Origin: Lama guanicoe
Lineage: Eukaryota
Length of the DNA stretch: 64,000 nucleotides
Direction: 5' to 3'
NCBI GenBank assembly: GCA_013239625.1
Contig: MU053645.1
Location: forward strand, 1,666,274-1,730,273
Shown here: one piece after another, positions 10,235-25,164 of the stretch
Layout of the letters: each line of letters begins with the position of its first letter
How positions within the stretch are numbered: the first letter of the stretch is position 1
The notes under the pieces: generated by a model
The model's input: the letters and a program-made list of their open reading frames with translations, nothing else
What the model was told of the DNA's origin: nothing
The model's database searches: none
Position numbers and translations under genes: made by a program

Positions 10235-11110
10235 TACTTCAAAAAAGTGTTTTCTGGAGAAGTTTCAGGTTCACAGCAAATTTGAGAGGAAGTTATGGAG
10301 AGTTCCCATATATCCCCTGTTCCCACACGTACATAGCCTCCCCCATTATCAACATCCCCCACCAGAGTGGTACATTTGCTACGATTGCTGAAATTATATT
10401 GCTACATCATTGTCACCCAAAGTCTGTAGTTTACCTTAGGGTTCACTCTTAGTGTTGTATATTCTATGGGCTTGGACAAATGTATAAGGACATGTTTCCA
10501 CCATTATAGTATCATACAGAGTAATTTCACTGCCTTTCAAATCCTCTGTGCTCTGCCTAGTCATCCCCCGCCCCACCTCTGGCAACCATTTATCTTTTAC
10601 CATCTTCATAGTTTTGCCTTTTCCAGAATGTCATGCAGTATGTAGTCTTTCCAGATCAGCTTTTTTCACTTAGTAATGTGCATATAAGGTTGTTCCATGT
10701 CTTTCTGTGGCTTGAAAGCTCATTTCCTTTTAGTGCTGAATAATATTCCATCATCAGGATTTATCACAGTTTATTTATACCTTCACCTACTGAAGGACAT
10801 CTGGGTTGCTTCCAAGTTTTGGTAGTTATGAATAAAGCTGTTATAAACCTCTGTCTGTAGGTTTTTGTGCAGACATGTTTTTAACTCCTTTGGGTAAGTA
10901 CCAAGGAACACAATTGCTGGACCATATAGAAAGCATACAGTTTAGTTTTGTAAGAAACTGTGAAACTGCCTTCCAAAGTGGCTGTACAATTTGGCATTCC
11001 CGCCAGCGATGAATGAGAGTTCCTGCTGCTCGACATCCTTGTCAGCATTTGATGTTAGTGTTCCAAATTTTGGGCATTCTAATAGCTGTATTAGAGGTAT
11101 CTCACTGCTG
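10235..11110 (-). mobile_element. L1MC-type LINE 3' region
   Basis: cccccattatcaacatcccccaccagagtggtacatttg...; same subfamily signature as 29900-30260 on the opposite strand. Confidence 0.7.
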
Positions 11111-11370
11111 TTTGGTTATTTCCCTTTTATTTTTGTATGCACTGTTGTATGAATATACCACAAATTATCCATGATAACTTTGAAGGGCATTCTGATTTTT
11201 TCCCATTTTTGACTGTTACAAAACAGGGTTACCATGAATCATAAAACAGGGCTCCCATGAATATTCTTGGTAGTGTGTATAAATACAGATACCTCTAGGA
11301 TATTTACCTAAGAGTAGAATGGCTTGTTTATAGGGTATGGGCATCTTCAACGTTACTAGATGATGCCTAA

Positions 11371-11506
11371 TTTTTTTCTTTAAATTTCTTTTGGGGGGGT
11401 GGTAATTAGGTCTATTTATTTATTTTCAGAGGAGGTACCAGGGATTGAACCCAGAACCTCATGCATGCTAAGCATGTGCTCTGCCACTTGAGCTATACCC
11501 TCCCCC
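11371..11506 (-). mobile_element. Vic-1-type SINE
   Basis: Reverse complement of the SINE consensus ending gagctataccctcccc. Confidence 0.8.
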
Positions 11507-12432
11507 TAACTTTTTCTAATTACTAACTTTTCCTAATGTTGTTTACCAATTTACGCTCTTACTAGGAGTCTGACAGTTTCCATTGCTCCACCTGCTGGCA
11601 ATATTTGGTATTATCAAACTTCAAAATTTTTGCCAATCTGGTGGGTGTAAAATGGCCTCTCATAATTTGATTTTCCTGATTACTAATGATGTTGAGCATC
11701 TTTTCATATGCCTACTGGACATTAAGATTTATTATTTTGTGAAGTATTTATTCAAGATATTTGGCAAGTTTTTTTTCTGTTGGGTAGTGTGCCTTTAAAA
11801 AAATAATTTGTAGGTGTTATTTATATAGTTTAAAGTTAGTCCTTTGTTCTTTATATATGTTGCATATATCTTTCTCCAGTTTGTCTCTTATTTTTGATCA
11901 TTTCTTGATGATTTCTTTCAATAAACAGAAGTTCTTAATTATAATATAGTCTAAAGTTACCAATCTTTTCTTCTTTAGGCATAGTGCTCTTTTGTGTCTT
12001 TTCAAAGAAATCCTTCCCTACCCAACATCATGAAAATATTCACCTATATTAACATTTAAATTTTCTATAGTTTTTCCTTTTACACTTAAGTCTTTAATAT
12101 ATTTGGAGTTAATTTTTGTGTAGAGTGATAGAATAGATGTCAAATTTCATTTTTCTCCTTACAAATACCCAATTGCCCCATGTCATTTGTTGAAAAAGCT
12201 CTCTTTGCCCCACTCATTCACACTGCCAATTCTGTCAAATATCGTGTTCATGTGTTCTTAGGACTATTTGTAGCTTCTCCGTTCTGTTCTACAGGTCTGT
12301 TTGTCTAATCTTGTTCCAATATGATATTGCCTTAATTACTATAGCTTTGTAATGAGCCTTCATATCTGATAGGGAAAGTCTTCCCACCTCATTCTGTTCT
12401 CATCAGGAGTTTCTTAACTGTTCATATCAATA

Positions 12433-12551
12433 TCTACAAAAATACATGCTGAGATTTTATTTTCTACAAAAATTAATGCTGAGATTTTAATTTTAGCAAA
12501 AGTAACTGTTGAACTTTAATGTAAGCAAAAATAATGGTTGAGACTCTAATT
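12433..12551. repeat. Degenerate ~30-bp minisatellite, 4 units
   Basis: tctacaaaaatacatgctgagattttattt / tctacaaaaattaatgctgagattttaatt / ttagcaaaagtaactgttgaactttaatg / taagcaaaaataatggttgagactctaatt. Confidence 0.7.
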
Positions 12552-12765
12552 TTAATGTTTCTCAAAGTTTCATAATATTTTACATGGAGTATAACATATC
12601 TTTTGTTGGATTTTTGTTAGTTGCTGAATTTTTAAAAGTTGTTAACAGTAAAGAGAATTCTCAGGAATGGGATCATAATAGGTTTCTTATAGGTAATGTT
12701 TTGTTTTAAGAGAGAATATACATCTGTCTTAAGAAGTCTATTTATATGTGTTTCTCCCTCATATT

Positions 12766-12951
12766 TTTTTAACATTTTTTATTGATTTATAATCATTTTA
12801 CAATGTTGTGTCAAATTCCAGTGTTCAGCACAATTTTTCAGTCATACATGGACATATACACAGTCATTGTCACATTTTTTTCTCTGTGATTTATCATAAC
12901 ATTTTGTGTATATTTCCCTGTGCTATACAGTGTAATCTTGTTTATCTATTC
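12766..12951 (-). mobile_element. Young 5'-truncated L1 3' end with perfect 16-bp TSD
   Basis: TSD gtttctccctcatatt at 12750-12765 and 12952-12967. Closely similar to the insert at 53897-54040. Confidence 0.85.
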
Positions 12952-13849
12952 GTTTCTCCCTCATATTGACATAGTCAATGTAATATATTATATATTGATT
13001 AATATACTATTATTGATAAAGATGCCAACAATTCATCAGGCTTTCAAAAAATGAACAGTTCACCTTAAACAAAATACTATGTTAATGGAGAGGAATTGTG
13101 GGATGGAGCACAAAAAAGCTCAAAATGTCTACATCTAAATGCTTCCTTGACATTTCCACTAAAATATCTTATAGGAATCCCAAAGTTAATATGCATCTTG
13201 CTGTTCCAACCATAGAGGACGACTGGGTATTCCCTGAGTGTGCCCTACATTTCTTTTTCTTCTTATTTTTCTCTCTGCATGCAATTCCATTTCTTCCCTC
13301 ACCAAATGGTACCTATCTCTTATAACACAATTCAAATATCATTTCCTCTATGCAGGCATCCCCAGCTATCCCAGGTAGAATTAGGTTTAACTTCTTTTCC
13401 ACTCTCCCCTGGTATTTAGTACCCTTGATGTAGCACTTACAATCATAGAAGTCATAGAATCATAATGTTAGACTTGGAAATAATCTTGGTGACCATGGTC
13501 CAACATCCTCATGCTATGGAGGGCCAGAGAGAATCTTCCTTCCCTTATGATTATTTGTGTACATATTTTATATCCGTTACCTGCAGGTCACTGTGGGTAG
13601 AGGTAGGATCTTATTCATCTTTGTGTTCTCCATGATACCTAATACAATCCATTACACATTGTGGATATACAGGGAGTGTGTTTTGATTGACTTGAGAATT
13701 AATACCAGAGGGATGGATAAAACAGAGTTACCACTCATAAGAATTACTATATATTGAATGCATGCTCTGTGCCTGGTACTATATGAAAGCATCACAAGAA
13801 TTATCTAATTTATCATACACTACATTATTCCATATGAGTAGCTAAACGA

Positions 13850-16320
13850 GTGACATGTAAAAAGGATATAGAATTCAACAACCAATTAGAAAATTCAGTA
13901 GAAAAAATAACTCATTCACAGTAGCTCCAAAATCTATAAGGCAGTTAAGAAGATAGCTAACAAAGATGAACAAACCATTATGCATAAAAGTATAAAATTG
14001 TACTAAAGGAAATTTTTTAAAATACCTGTAAGTAAAGAAATATACTTGTCAAGACCTGCACAGGGTTGGGGATTTTACCTATATAGAAGCTAAGACATTA
14101 GCCTGCAGTTTTTTAATGGATTTTAGCATAAGATATGAGAATCTTGGGTGAGAGACAAAGGGCTTTATTGTTGACAACAAAAGCAGTAGCCAGAGCTTCA
14201 TTTGGTTTGTCTGTTCCTAATGTCCCCCAAGTCCCACAGGGATGATGTAAAGGACCCTTATGGATGGCTGCACACACAGTGGATTGTATTACAGGAGAGG
14301 AACAATGAGTTTGGAGGTTCCATTGATTTTATGGAAACTAGAAGCAAGCCTGCTCTTTGTCTATGGGGAGATACCTCCTCATCCCTCACAGTTCCCCACT
14401 GCAAACATGACCCTAAGAAATGATTCAGATAAACAGTCGTCAGGGACTTGCATGTTGGCACACTCAGCAAGAACATGGAGAGATGCTCAGGGCCAATGGT
14501 GGACTGTGTCTCCCAACAACACTGTATTTATGTGTGGGAAGACTTCATGTCAGTAAGTTAGCAATTCATCTCAAATTAATCCATAAATCATTCCAATCAA
14601 AATATTAACAGGCCCATTTTTTGTGGAACTTCACAAATTGATTACAAAATTGGAAAAGGCACATATGGCAAATTAGTTTATGAAAAATGTGACACAGCAA
14701 AAGAGTGGAGAAAAGATGGACAATGTAATAAATATGATTGACAACTGGCCTCCCTTAAAAATACCTAGATCCATGCCTTATACAAAATAAATTCCAGATA
14801 TAAAAGAGACCTAAAGTACACAACCAAATTTAAACAGTTAAAAGTGTAGACAAAAATCATAATGTCCTCAGAGTAGAGAAGAATTTCCCAAACAAAACAT
14901 AACAACACAAGTTTTGAAGGAGGATTGATACATTTGATTCCATGAAAACTATATAGTAAAAGACATAAGAAGCAAAGTTAAGGTCAAAAGGCAAGCAGTA
15001 ATTGGCTCCTAAAACGGAGCTTATGCATGTCCCATGACCAGCAGCTCCTCTTGATATATGCCCAAGAAAAGTGCATATGTATATTCATTAAAAGGCATAA
15101 GTGTGCTCATAACAGCATCATTTGTAATACCCTCAAATGGGAAAACCCAAATGTCCATCAACAGCAGAATGAATAAACTGTAGTATATTCATACATTGGA
15201 ACCTGGTACATAAAGGAGAACACATGACAACACACATAGCAATATGGATGAATCTTATAAACCTAATGTTGAGCAAAAAAAGCCAGACACAGAAGAGTAT
15301 GTACTCAATGATTCCATTTACTTAAAATACAAAAGAGACAAAACTAATTTTCAGAACAAGGGTTACCATTCTTGGGCACAGTCACTGAAAGGGGACACAA
15401 GAGAGGCTTCTAGGGGGACAGGTGGTGTTTCCAGTCTTGATCTGGAGGCTGATTATGTACACTTAAGATATGTCTGTTTTTCTGTATGTATATGATACTT
15501 AAACAAAACCTTTTGAAAACCTGCCTACTAAGGATACTTTCTTATACCTGGCTTCTACCAGTAGAGTTACATGTGTACCAAAAGTCATTTTTTCCTTCAG
15601 ATTTATTCCAGTTCTACTTGTTGTAAGCCACCAAATTAGGAATGCAGAAAAACTTTTGCAAAATATATTACAGACCAATAATTAGAATATAGAATATGTA
15701 AAGCACCCATCAGAAGCAATAGTAAAAGGACAAACAAAAGAAAAACGGGTAAAGGATATCAAAAGGTAATTCATAGAAGAGGAAATATGTATGGCCAGAA
15801 AACATAAAAAGATGCTCATCTCATGAAATACTCTGGGAAAAGAAGATTCAAATACTAGAGAGATACTCATTTTCACCCATTAGACTGGTAAAAAGAAATC
15901 TAAAAATACTTATTTGTAAGAATGTGAGGGAAGTGGGGACTTTTCTACAGTTGATACATGTGTAAATTTGTGCAATTACTGTGGCAAGCTATTTTGCAAT
16001 GTCTGGAGAGGTTGAAGATGCACATACTCTGTCATTTAGCAATTTCACTTCTAGGGAACATGTTTATAGAGTAATAGGAAGCTATAAAAAGACTATTAAT
16101 TGCAGCATTGTTTATAATAGAAAAAAAGCAACTTAAATGTCCACAAGAATGGAAATGCATAAATAAACTATTCATATAATGGAATACTATATATCAATTT
16201 AAATGAATGTACATATGTTGCAGTATGAACATGGATAAATCTTAAAAAACCATAATGTTGGGTGAAAAAAATTGAGTTGTAGATAATTACACACAATGTG
16301 ATATAATTTATTGTGATGCA
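13850..16320 (+). mobile_element. Cluster of old L1M/L1ME ORF2-3' fragments
   Basis: aaatgtccatcaacagcagaatgaataaactgtagtatattcatac; atggatgaatctta...aagccagacacagaagagta. Confidence 0.6.
14047..14520. mobile_element. Solo LTR (MER21-like) inserted in L1 sequence
   Basis: TG...CA ends, internal tttatt, and L1-like sequence resuming on both sides. Family assignment from memory. Confidence 0.5.
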
Positions 16321-16334
16321 AAAATCACAAGAAA

Positions 16335-19300
16335 ATAATTCATTTAACAGATCTTCATTTTGTGCACAATTCTAGGTACTTGGAATCAGTGAACAAAACA
16401 GAGAGCTTTGCCTTCATGGACTTTGCATTCCATGGGGGAAGACTGAAATAAAGCAATAAGCATAGCAAGTAAATAAGTTGCATAGTGTGTTAGTGATGAA
16501 AGCAGAGCAAGGTAAGGCAGGTAGGACAGGGATGGGCAGGTTGCAGTATTAAATAGCATAGTTTAGGTGGGCCTCAATGAAATGAGCCTTGAAGGAGGTG
16601 AAAGAGTTTAAATAAATGGATAACTTGGAAAAAAGCTCTCCTTGCACAGGGACATTACAAAGGCCCTATGGCAACAGTGAGCCTAGCTTGTCTGATGAAC
16701 AGTAAGGAGAACACAGACTGGACAGAGTGAGTGAGGAAGAGAGCAGGTAGGAAGGTGAGAGGTATAGTAGAAAGATGGAAAATGTAGGGCTTTTGTAGGG
16801 ACTTTGGCTCTCACTCTAAGGGGAACTGGGTATCCTTTCAGGATTTTAAGCAGAGAAGTACAAGAATTTGATTTATATTTTTAAATGATCACTTAATTTT
16901 TTTGTGTAGAGAGTGCACCATAGAGGATCAGGGATAAAAACAGAGAGATCTGTTAGAAGGCTATTTCAGTTATCAGATGAGAGATAATGGTGGATTAGAT
17001 CTTATATGTAGCAATGGGTATGGTGAGAAGTGGTTGGATTTTGAATACATTCTGAGGTTGAACCAAAATGATTTCTTGATAGATTGAATGTGCAGTGGGA
17101 GAGAAAGGGAAGAACTGAAGATAATGTCAGGATTTTGGCCCTGAGCATATGAACTGATAGAATTGCCATCAATTGAGGTGGGAATGGCCGTAAGAGAAGC
17201 AGCTTTGGGGGAAAAGATTAGGAAGTCAATCTGGGACATTTTGAGTTTGAGATGTCCATTAGACATCTGAGAGGAGGTGCTGAGTAGGCAGTTGGATATA
17301 TTAGACTGCAGTTTGGAATACAGATCTGATCTGCAGGCATGAATTTAGGAGTTGTCAGTATAGAAATGGTTTTACAGCATTGGACTGGAAGAGACAACCA
17401 AGGGAGTGTAGAAATGAGAACAAGGACTGAGCCCAGGGGCACTCCCATTTTAAGAGGTCTGGGAGGAGAGGAGGAGCCAGTAATAGGGACTGAGAAGGAG
17501 CAGTGAGTGAGGTCAGAGGAAACCAGGAGAGTGTGGAATCCTGGAAGCCAAGTGAAGAAAATGAACTGAGCAGGAGGGGCTCATTGGCTGTGCCAGTCCT
17601 GCTGATAGGTCAAGTAAGACAAGTACTAAGAACTGACCACTGGATTGAGCAATGTGGAATTTATTCATGACCTTGACAAGAGCAATTTCAGTGGAGCAGT
17701 GGAGGTGGGCCACTGATGGGAATGTATTCAAATGAGAATAGGAGGAGAAAATTTGGAAACAGTGAATAAGACAAATATTACAAAAGGGTGAAGTAGTCCA
17801 AGTGGATGTCTGAGGGATGAATGTTCATGAAAGTGGAACAGATATTAAAAAGGCCCTCGGCAGCAGTGAGTGTGACTTGTCTGAGGAACAGGAAAGAGGC
17901 CGTAGTTGGAGCAGAGTGAGTGAGGTGGAGAGCACACAGAGAGGGTAGGGGCTAGGAAAGGAAGGTTGTGTGAGGCTCCCTCTGGACACCAGATTGATGT
18001 AGGTAGAAGGCCTAAGGGAATGTGGTCTTAGACTAGGAACACTGATTCAAACAATGTCTTCAAATATTCATGTTCAAATATTACACATGGAGATGTAGAT
18101 TACATTTATCTTTAAAAGAGATTTGCCTCAAAGGGGAGTAAACAAATGGGCTGATAGCAAGTGTGGAAAGTGGAATTAAGAGAATATATATATAGAACAA
18201 TCCATATATAATGATGAAAATGTATTTATATGAAGATAAGAAACAACAGCATGAAGATATCCTGACAGAAACAATGTGGTAGAGAGCACAGATCGATGAT
18301 GTAGGAGATAAGCGGGCGAGAGATGGTAGAGAGATTGTGAGAGAAAATGATCTATAGACCTTCCTCAGTTTACGATAGGATTACATCTGGATAAACCCAT
18401 TGTAAGTTGAAAATATTGTAAGTCAAAAATGCATTAAATACACCTAACCTATCAAACATCATAGCCTGCCTTAAACGTGCTCAAACACTTACATTAATTA
18501 GCCTACAGTTAAGCAAAATCATCTAACACAAAACTTGTTTTATAACACAGTATTGAATATCTCATGTCATTTATTGAATACTGTACTGAAAGTGAGAAAC
18601 AGAATGTTCGAATGGGTACAGAATGATTGGAAGTGTGTTGGTATCAGTCGTTCACCCCGTGATCACATGGCTGACTGGTAGCTGCGGCTCTCTGCTGCTG
18701 TCCAGCATCACGAGAGAGTGTCATACCACATACTGCTAGCCCACAGAGAGATCAAAATTCAAAAGTTTGTGGTTGTGTATTCCTCCAGTCAGGTTTACCT
18801 GTGTGGGTTCAGGTTCCTTAAAGTGTATTTGGACTTAGCTAGAGTTATGATTTTGCCAGGGAAGCAATACAAAGTGAGAGAGGGGCAGGAGAGTGGAGGG
18901 TATATGACAATGAGTGATTGTAAAGACTGAGCATGACATTTGATCTAGGGAAGGAGGAAAGAGAAGACAATAAAGGAAAGAGAGATGGTGAAATCTGGTA
19001 AGACCAATGATCTGGAGATTCTGGTGAGGCTCAAGGAGAGTGGGGACTGGGTACCAAAGGGAGTGATCTGGAAAAAGAGGAGATGATAGTCATAGAAAGT
19101 GATGTTTGAAATTGAGATTATAGAGGGGTTGCCATAATTGCTATGACAAGGGCTACGGTATGGCCATGACAGTGAGTAGCTGAGTTGGGGTCAAGGTCAA
19201 TGTCATGGAGGAGAAATGTTCAAGGAACTGAAGGAGCCAGTGTATCAGAATGATCATTCTTGAACTCACCAGGAATTAAGACAGGACTACTAGCATTTGG

Positions 19301-19950
19301 AGTGACCTAGTTTCAGGAGCTAAAATCTTTGAGAATTAAAGGAGGGGAACAGTGAAGTTGGTAGATGATGACAATGAAGTCTAGTTGGTGACATAGCTGT
19401 CAGAAGCTGGAGGTTTTCAGGGATGTGGGAGAAGGATGTTCTACAGGCAGCAGTGAGAAGCACGGAAAACATTTACTGGAACTTCAGGCTCTGTGGTACC
19501 ATGGTTCTGGGAGAGAAAAATCATCTCTTCCTCTTGAGTGGACTTCAGGGGACACAGAGTCCTCAGGGAAGAGGCTGGCTTCTGTTAGGACAAGATAATG
19601 AAGGGCACATTCAGAGAAGAGAGTGAGGATACAGAAGAATTATTGAGGTCAAATTCCATTTTAGGAGTACGGAAGGGGTGTGAGAAGTAAATTAAAGAGA
19701 GAATTGGTCATAGCCTTATGAAAATTAGAATGTAGGAGTTAGGGGTGTCATGGGGATCTTAGGGTTCTTGTGGTGACTGGCAGAAATGGGGATAAACATA
19801 ATTATTAGATAAGTTCTGAGGGATTTGAGGCAGATAGATTGAAGATTGACTTTGAAGTTTGGGCTAGGGAGGGGGAGGTGGGTGTGGAGGACTTCCTGTC
19901 GACCCCAAGTGATGTGGAAATTCAGTCTCAGACCTGGAGCACTGGTCCAC
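16335..19950 (-). mobile_element. Long L2 LINE relic with reverse-transcriptase motifs, interrupted at about 17800-18790
   Basis: Minus-strand translations STEIALVKVMN...VLVLLDLSA and GVPLGSVL match L2/CR1-clade RT motifs (STETALxKV, LLDLSAAFD, GVPQGSVL). L2 3' tail near 16340. Confidence 0.75.
18355..18770. mobile_element. Tigger5/MER47-type DNA transposon
   Basis: ttacgataggattacatctggataaacccattgtaagttgaaaatattgtaagtcaaaaatgcattaaatacacctaacc matches MER47 as recalled. Confidence 0.7.
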
Positions 19951-21279
19951 AAAATGCTCCATATTGCTCCTGGAAACAGATCACACCAATCTGTAATGAT
20001 AGAAAAATGGGCTGAAAACTACATATCACATTCAGGACAGGAATAACTCTGGGGAAGTGGGAGGGGAATGGAAATGGAGTGAAGGTCAAGGAAATCTCAA
20101 TTTTTTTGCAATGTTTTTATTCCTTAAAAAATAGCAAAGTAAATATACCTAAATATTAACAACATCTAAATCTCAGTGGTGGAAACACTGGTGTTTGTTA
20201 TATTTAATGCCTGGAATGTTGTAGGTACTCAGTGAATATTCTTTGTTGAACAAGTATGCCTTTCTGTTTCAAAAGTTCCTCCAGAAAACAAATACAACTC
20301 TGAAGTTAGCACGACATGCTACAAGAGCATAGAAGAGGGATTGGGGAGAGGTGGGAAGGCCTGAGAAATCCTTGAGAGAGTGATTGCTGATCTATGTGGA
20401 TTTCTAGTGCCATACATGAGCCATATGGAAAATATGGGGTGCAGGCTAAAGGCATAGCCCTAGCTCCATTTTATGTCAACGCTCCAAGGTTCTGGGTGAA
20501 TATCCAGAAGATGACCTTGAAGATTTGTTCTTTCAGGTGGATTCTCACTGGATCCTCACTTTTCTCTCCCAACATAGACACTGGGTGGTGCTGCTGTCCA
20601 AAAATTCCACTGTATCATGGATTTATTACTTCAATCTAAAGATGGGCATTTATCTTAAGTGTCAACTGTAGGCCAAGCAAAGGGCTCAGGTTTGGAGATA
20701 TAAAGATGAATAGCCTCTGCAGATTATCCTCTGATTACCTCAAACTGACTATTATCATGTTCAGTGGCTGAAAAACTAGAAAATGTGACATTTACATAGG
20801 AGTGCACCACTGTCACAGAAATGCCCAGCTGTGGGGGTGAGTGACCCCGAACCACCCATCCTCTCTATGAGCACCCCTCCTCCACGACCTGGCCGAGGAT
20901 TAGAACAGACAACACTGAGCACCAAATCACTGGTGGTCACCGCGTACTTAGGTTCCTTTGGCTATAAAAAGCCGAGAGTATCTGATTACCGCGCCTTCAG
21001 CTTGGATCTCGGAGCTTCAGACGTTCAAAGGTAACTGGGCAAGATATGTCTGTTTATTTCAGAGTCCCCTATTATCGTGGAGGAGTGATATACTTGAGAG
21101 GAAGGGAAGTGGGCCCTCAGGGCGAAAGTAGTCACTGGGGAGGTAGGTCAGTGACTGATCCCCGGGCAAATCCGAGTGGGCTTGGATGGGGTCTGGGGAG
21201 GCGGATCTCGTATGATGTTATCAACACCCTGTTACAAGGGTGAGGTCCTGAGTATCCCGGAGAAGGTGGACTCAGGCTA

Positions 21280-21830
21280 GCAAGGCTAAAGCGGTGGGAG
21301 GGGCGAGGAGGCGGGTCTGGGATCCCTTGGCCAATCGGAGGCGACTCGGGCGGGGTCTTCCACGCAACTTAACTGCAGGGTTCCGCGCGGGAAGGCTAAC
21401 CTCGCCCTGTGTGCGCAGCAGTCTCAGCGCAGCCGTTGGCCTGTCCCTGGTCTTCAAGCCTTCGGGTGAGGACGCGCGGCCCCGCCGGAGCCAGAGGACT
21501 CTGGGGACAGGCGGGCCCAGCCGCCGCGGGGCTGGGGTGTCGGGCCTTCTGGAATTGGGGGGGCGGGGTTGGGACTGGCGATTGGAATCTGCACTCCTGG
21601 CGAGTCCGCGTCTTTGTCTTCGCAGCGCCGCCTTCTGCGCGTGATGCGCAGTCCTCCCGGGTGGGTGCCTGGAAGGTCCGAGTTGGGAGCCCCCAGAGCG
21701 ACGGGTCCGTTGTGGCTGCAGGTCCGAGGCTGCGAAGACGAGGAGTTTGGGGCCGCCCGGAACGGGCCCTCTGGGGCTGGCCCTCCTCCCCGTCCCCTAC
21801 TGTAGCTGTTAGGCTGGGCGCCCTACGATG
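21280..21830 (+). promoter_or_regulatory. CpG island and promoter of thymosin beta-15
   Basis: Dense CpG against a CpG-poor background. CCAAT 21331-21335, GC box GGGCGGGG 21348-21355, CTTAA near 21368. Confidence 0.85.
21385..21465 (+). other. TMSB15A: Non-coding exon 1 of thymosin beta-15 (5' end approximate)
   Basis: gcgggaaggctaacct...gtcttcaagccttcgg|GTGAGG resembles the human TMSB15 5' UTR; donor at 21466. Confidence 0.75.
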
Positions 21831-22772
21831 ATGATAGTTGTTTAAAAATGTAAGCAAATTGCTGCTAACAAAGTGGCTGATGCGCCCATCTCTTTTATTA
21901 TTTATTTGAAGTCGCTGTTTCCCCGCCTCTGGAGATTGGCGGCTGATCTCTCGTCACAGGACGGTCTTAGGGTAACCTCGACGGGAAGGAGGCATATTCG
22001 CGACGTCTGGCTGCTTGGGGGCCTCTTTATTCTAGTCTGGGCACTAGATGTCTTACCCCACCAGGGTGGGTGGGGCCAGGTCCGCTTTCCGGTCTCAGGG
22101 GTCTCCTGTTGTCTCTTCTGGACAAACCGGGAATGATCACTGGGCACCTCATCTCCCAGCCTCGCCCTTTGAGGATAAAGCGTTGTGAAATAAAAAATTA
22201 TCTCTATTTGGTTTATCCCCTTCTGCTGAAGTGCTGAGTCTGATCATAATTAGCTGGCCCTTCTTACAATGTTTACAAACCAGTGCTACAGGGAGCTACT
22301 GAGAAGTGTAATTAGTTATGACGAGATTAAATCCCCTCCTTCTCTTACTGCAGCTCCTTAATCTACTGTCTTTGGGCAGATGAAATGAATACAGAGTGAA
22401 GGTGCTCAAATAGTGCTTTTTTCCTGTTACAAATTCATTAGCTGGTTAAACCCAGTCTTTATGTCTCCTTTTACTTCTATATGCTCTTGTGCTTCTGTCA
22501 CCTCCATTTGACCTTCAGTGTGATTTTTTAAGAGTCAGACATATTGACTCTGGGTTTTAGAGCATCTTGGTTTCTAGTGCATCCTGATTCAGCGGCTATC
22601 AGAAATGGGGTACTTATGTGGAATTCAAAGCATTTTGATAAAATCGTGATTTTTTAAAATGTGTGCTGTTTTCTTGTTGAAAATCAGCAGATAAAATACA
22701 CGTTGATATTAAATGTGAGAATTTTTGGCTGTGATCCATTAATATGATAATAGTTCTGTCAGTTAGGTTTAA

Positions 22773-23920
<1,148 letters not shown>

Positions 23921-24297
23921 AATGGGGATCTCCTCCCAAGAACAAATTTCAACATTGCCTGAATGTCTTGGTTTTAGGCTTGTTTTTTGTAAACCTATGT
24001 GTTTGTAGAGATTTTAGGCATCTTCTGATGTCTTCTCATCCATAATCCCTGGCGAAGAGGTCAGAGGTAACCAATGTTCCCTTACTTTCATTTTTAAACT
24101 TTCCATTTTTGAACATTCCAGCTGGCTGATGCTGTCAGTAATCTCACCACTGATGACCTTTGTGTGTGTAGTCCTTGCATCCCTAAAGGATAAGTCACTT
24201 GTAACTTTCTACACCGGATGTCTCTAGTGTTCCATAACCTTCATGAAGTGACATGCATTTGCAGCTTCTCATAGTTTATTTTCATTTCTAATGTAGC

Positions 24298-24311
24298 AAT
24301 AAAATAATAAA
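24298..24311 (+). terminator. Polyadenylation signals of thymosin beta-15
   Basis: AATAAA at 24298-24303 and 24306-24311, about 380 nt after the stop codon. Confidence 0.7.
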
Positions 24312-25164
24312 TATAATCATTATGGACTCCTGCGGTGGTCCATTCTTGGTGGTCTTCTAGGGACTGAAAGTACACAAGGCTACTCTTTTCAGCCAAACAA
24401 AATGGTTGAAGGAAAGCCACTTTATCAGATTAGTCACATGGAAAAGGCTCCCCTCTGTCCAGGTCCAGTGGGTCCTGACTTGCTTTTTTCCCATAGTTGG
24501 AATCATAAAATTTGAGAACCTTGGGAGGGGAGGTAATGTGGACTAGTCCCCTTATCTTGGAGATGAGGAAATGAAAACAATGTGGTCTGAAGTGATCTTC
24601 TAAGGTGAGTAAGGATTGGGATTTAAACTGGGTTCCCTTGTTTTCTGAAAAGTGTTTTTCAACTTAACGAGAGGAGACAGACACCCACTGTTGGGGGTGG
24701 ATCGGGAAGGGGGCAGGAAGCACTTGCTAACACCCATTGTGCTAAGCACATTACATCATCTATTGAGCATAAACTCAGATACCTAATGCCAGCTAATGAC
24801 CTGTAGCACTGAACCTTTTGTCTGGTTCTTCTGAACAGAATCCACTGTCTTATGAACCAAGCATTTTTGATGTTTGTAGTAAGCACAAGGCATACGTATA
24901 AATGGGAGTATTCCAATCCCTGCCTCTATACAATATTTTATTACTTTCGATTTATAAAAAAACAATCACTTAATAATCCCACCAATTAGAAGTGTTGACA
25001 TTTGGGTGTATAACCTTCTAGACTGTGGTCTATTAATATCCAGGTATACCTCAGAGATATTGTGGGTTTGGTTCCAGACCACTGCAATAAAGTGAATAGT
25101 GAAATAAAGTGGGTCACAAATTTTTTGGTTTCCCAATGCATGTGAAAGTTACATTTACACTACA

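Larger units (their letters stand above)
11110..12640 (-). mobile_element. Old L1M fragment (host of the L1MC and SINE insertions)
   Basis: Antisense L1 ORF2/3' motifs, e.g. ctgattactaatgatgttgagcatcttttcatatg and cttaattactatagctttgta. Confidence 0.6.

Noticed and set aside
21272..22147. Several 60-153-aa ORFs on both strands
   Set aside because: Stop-poor CpG island and first intron of TMSB15; low-complexity R/G/P/A translations.
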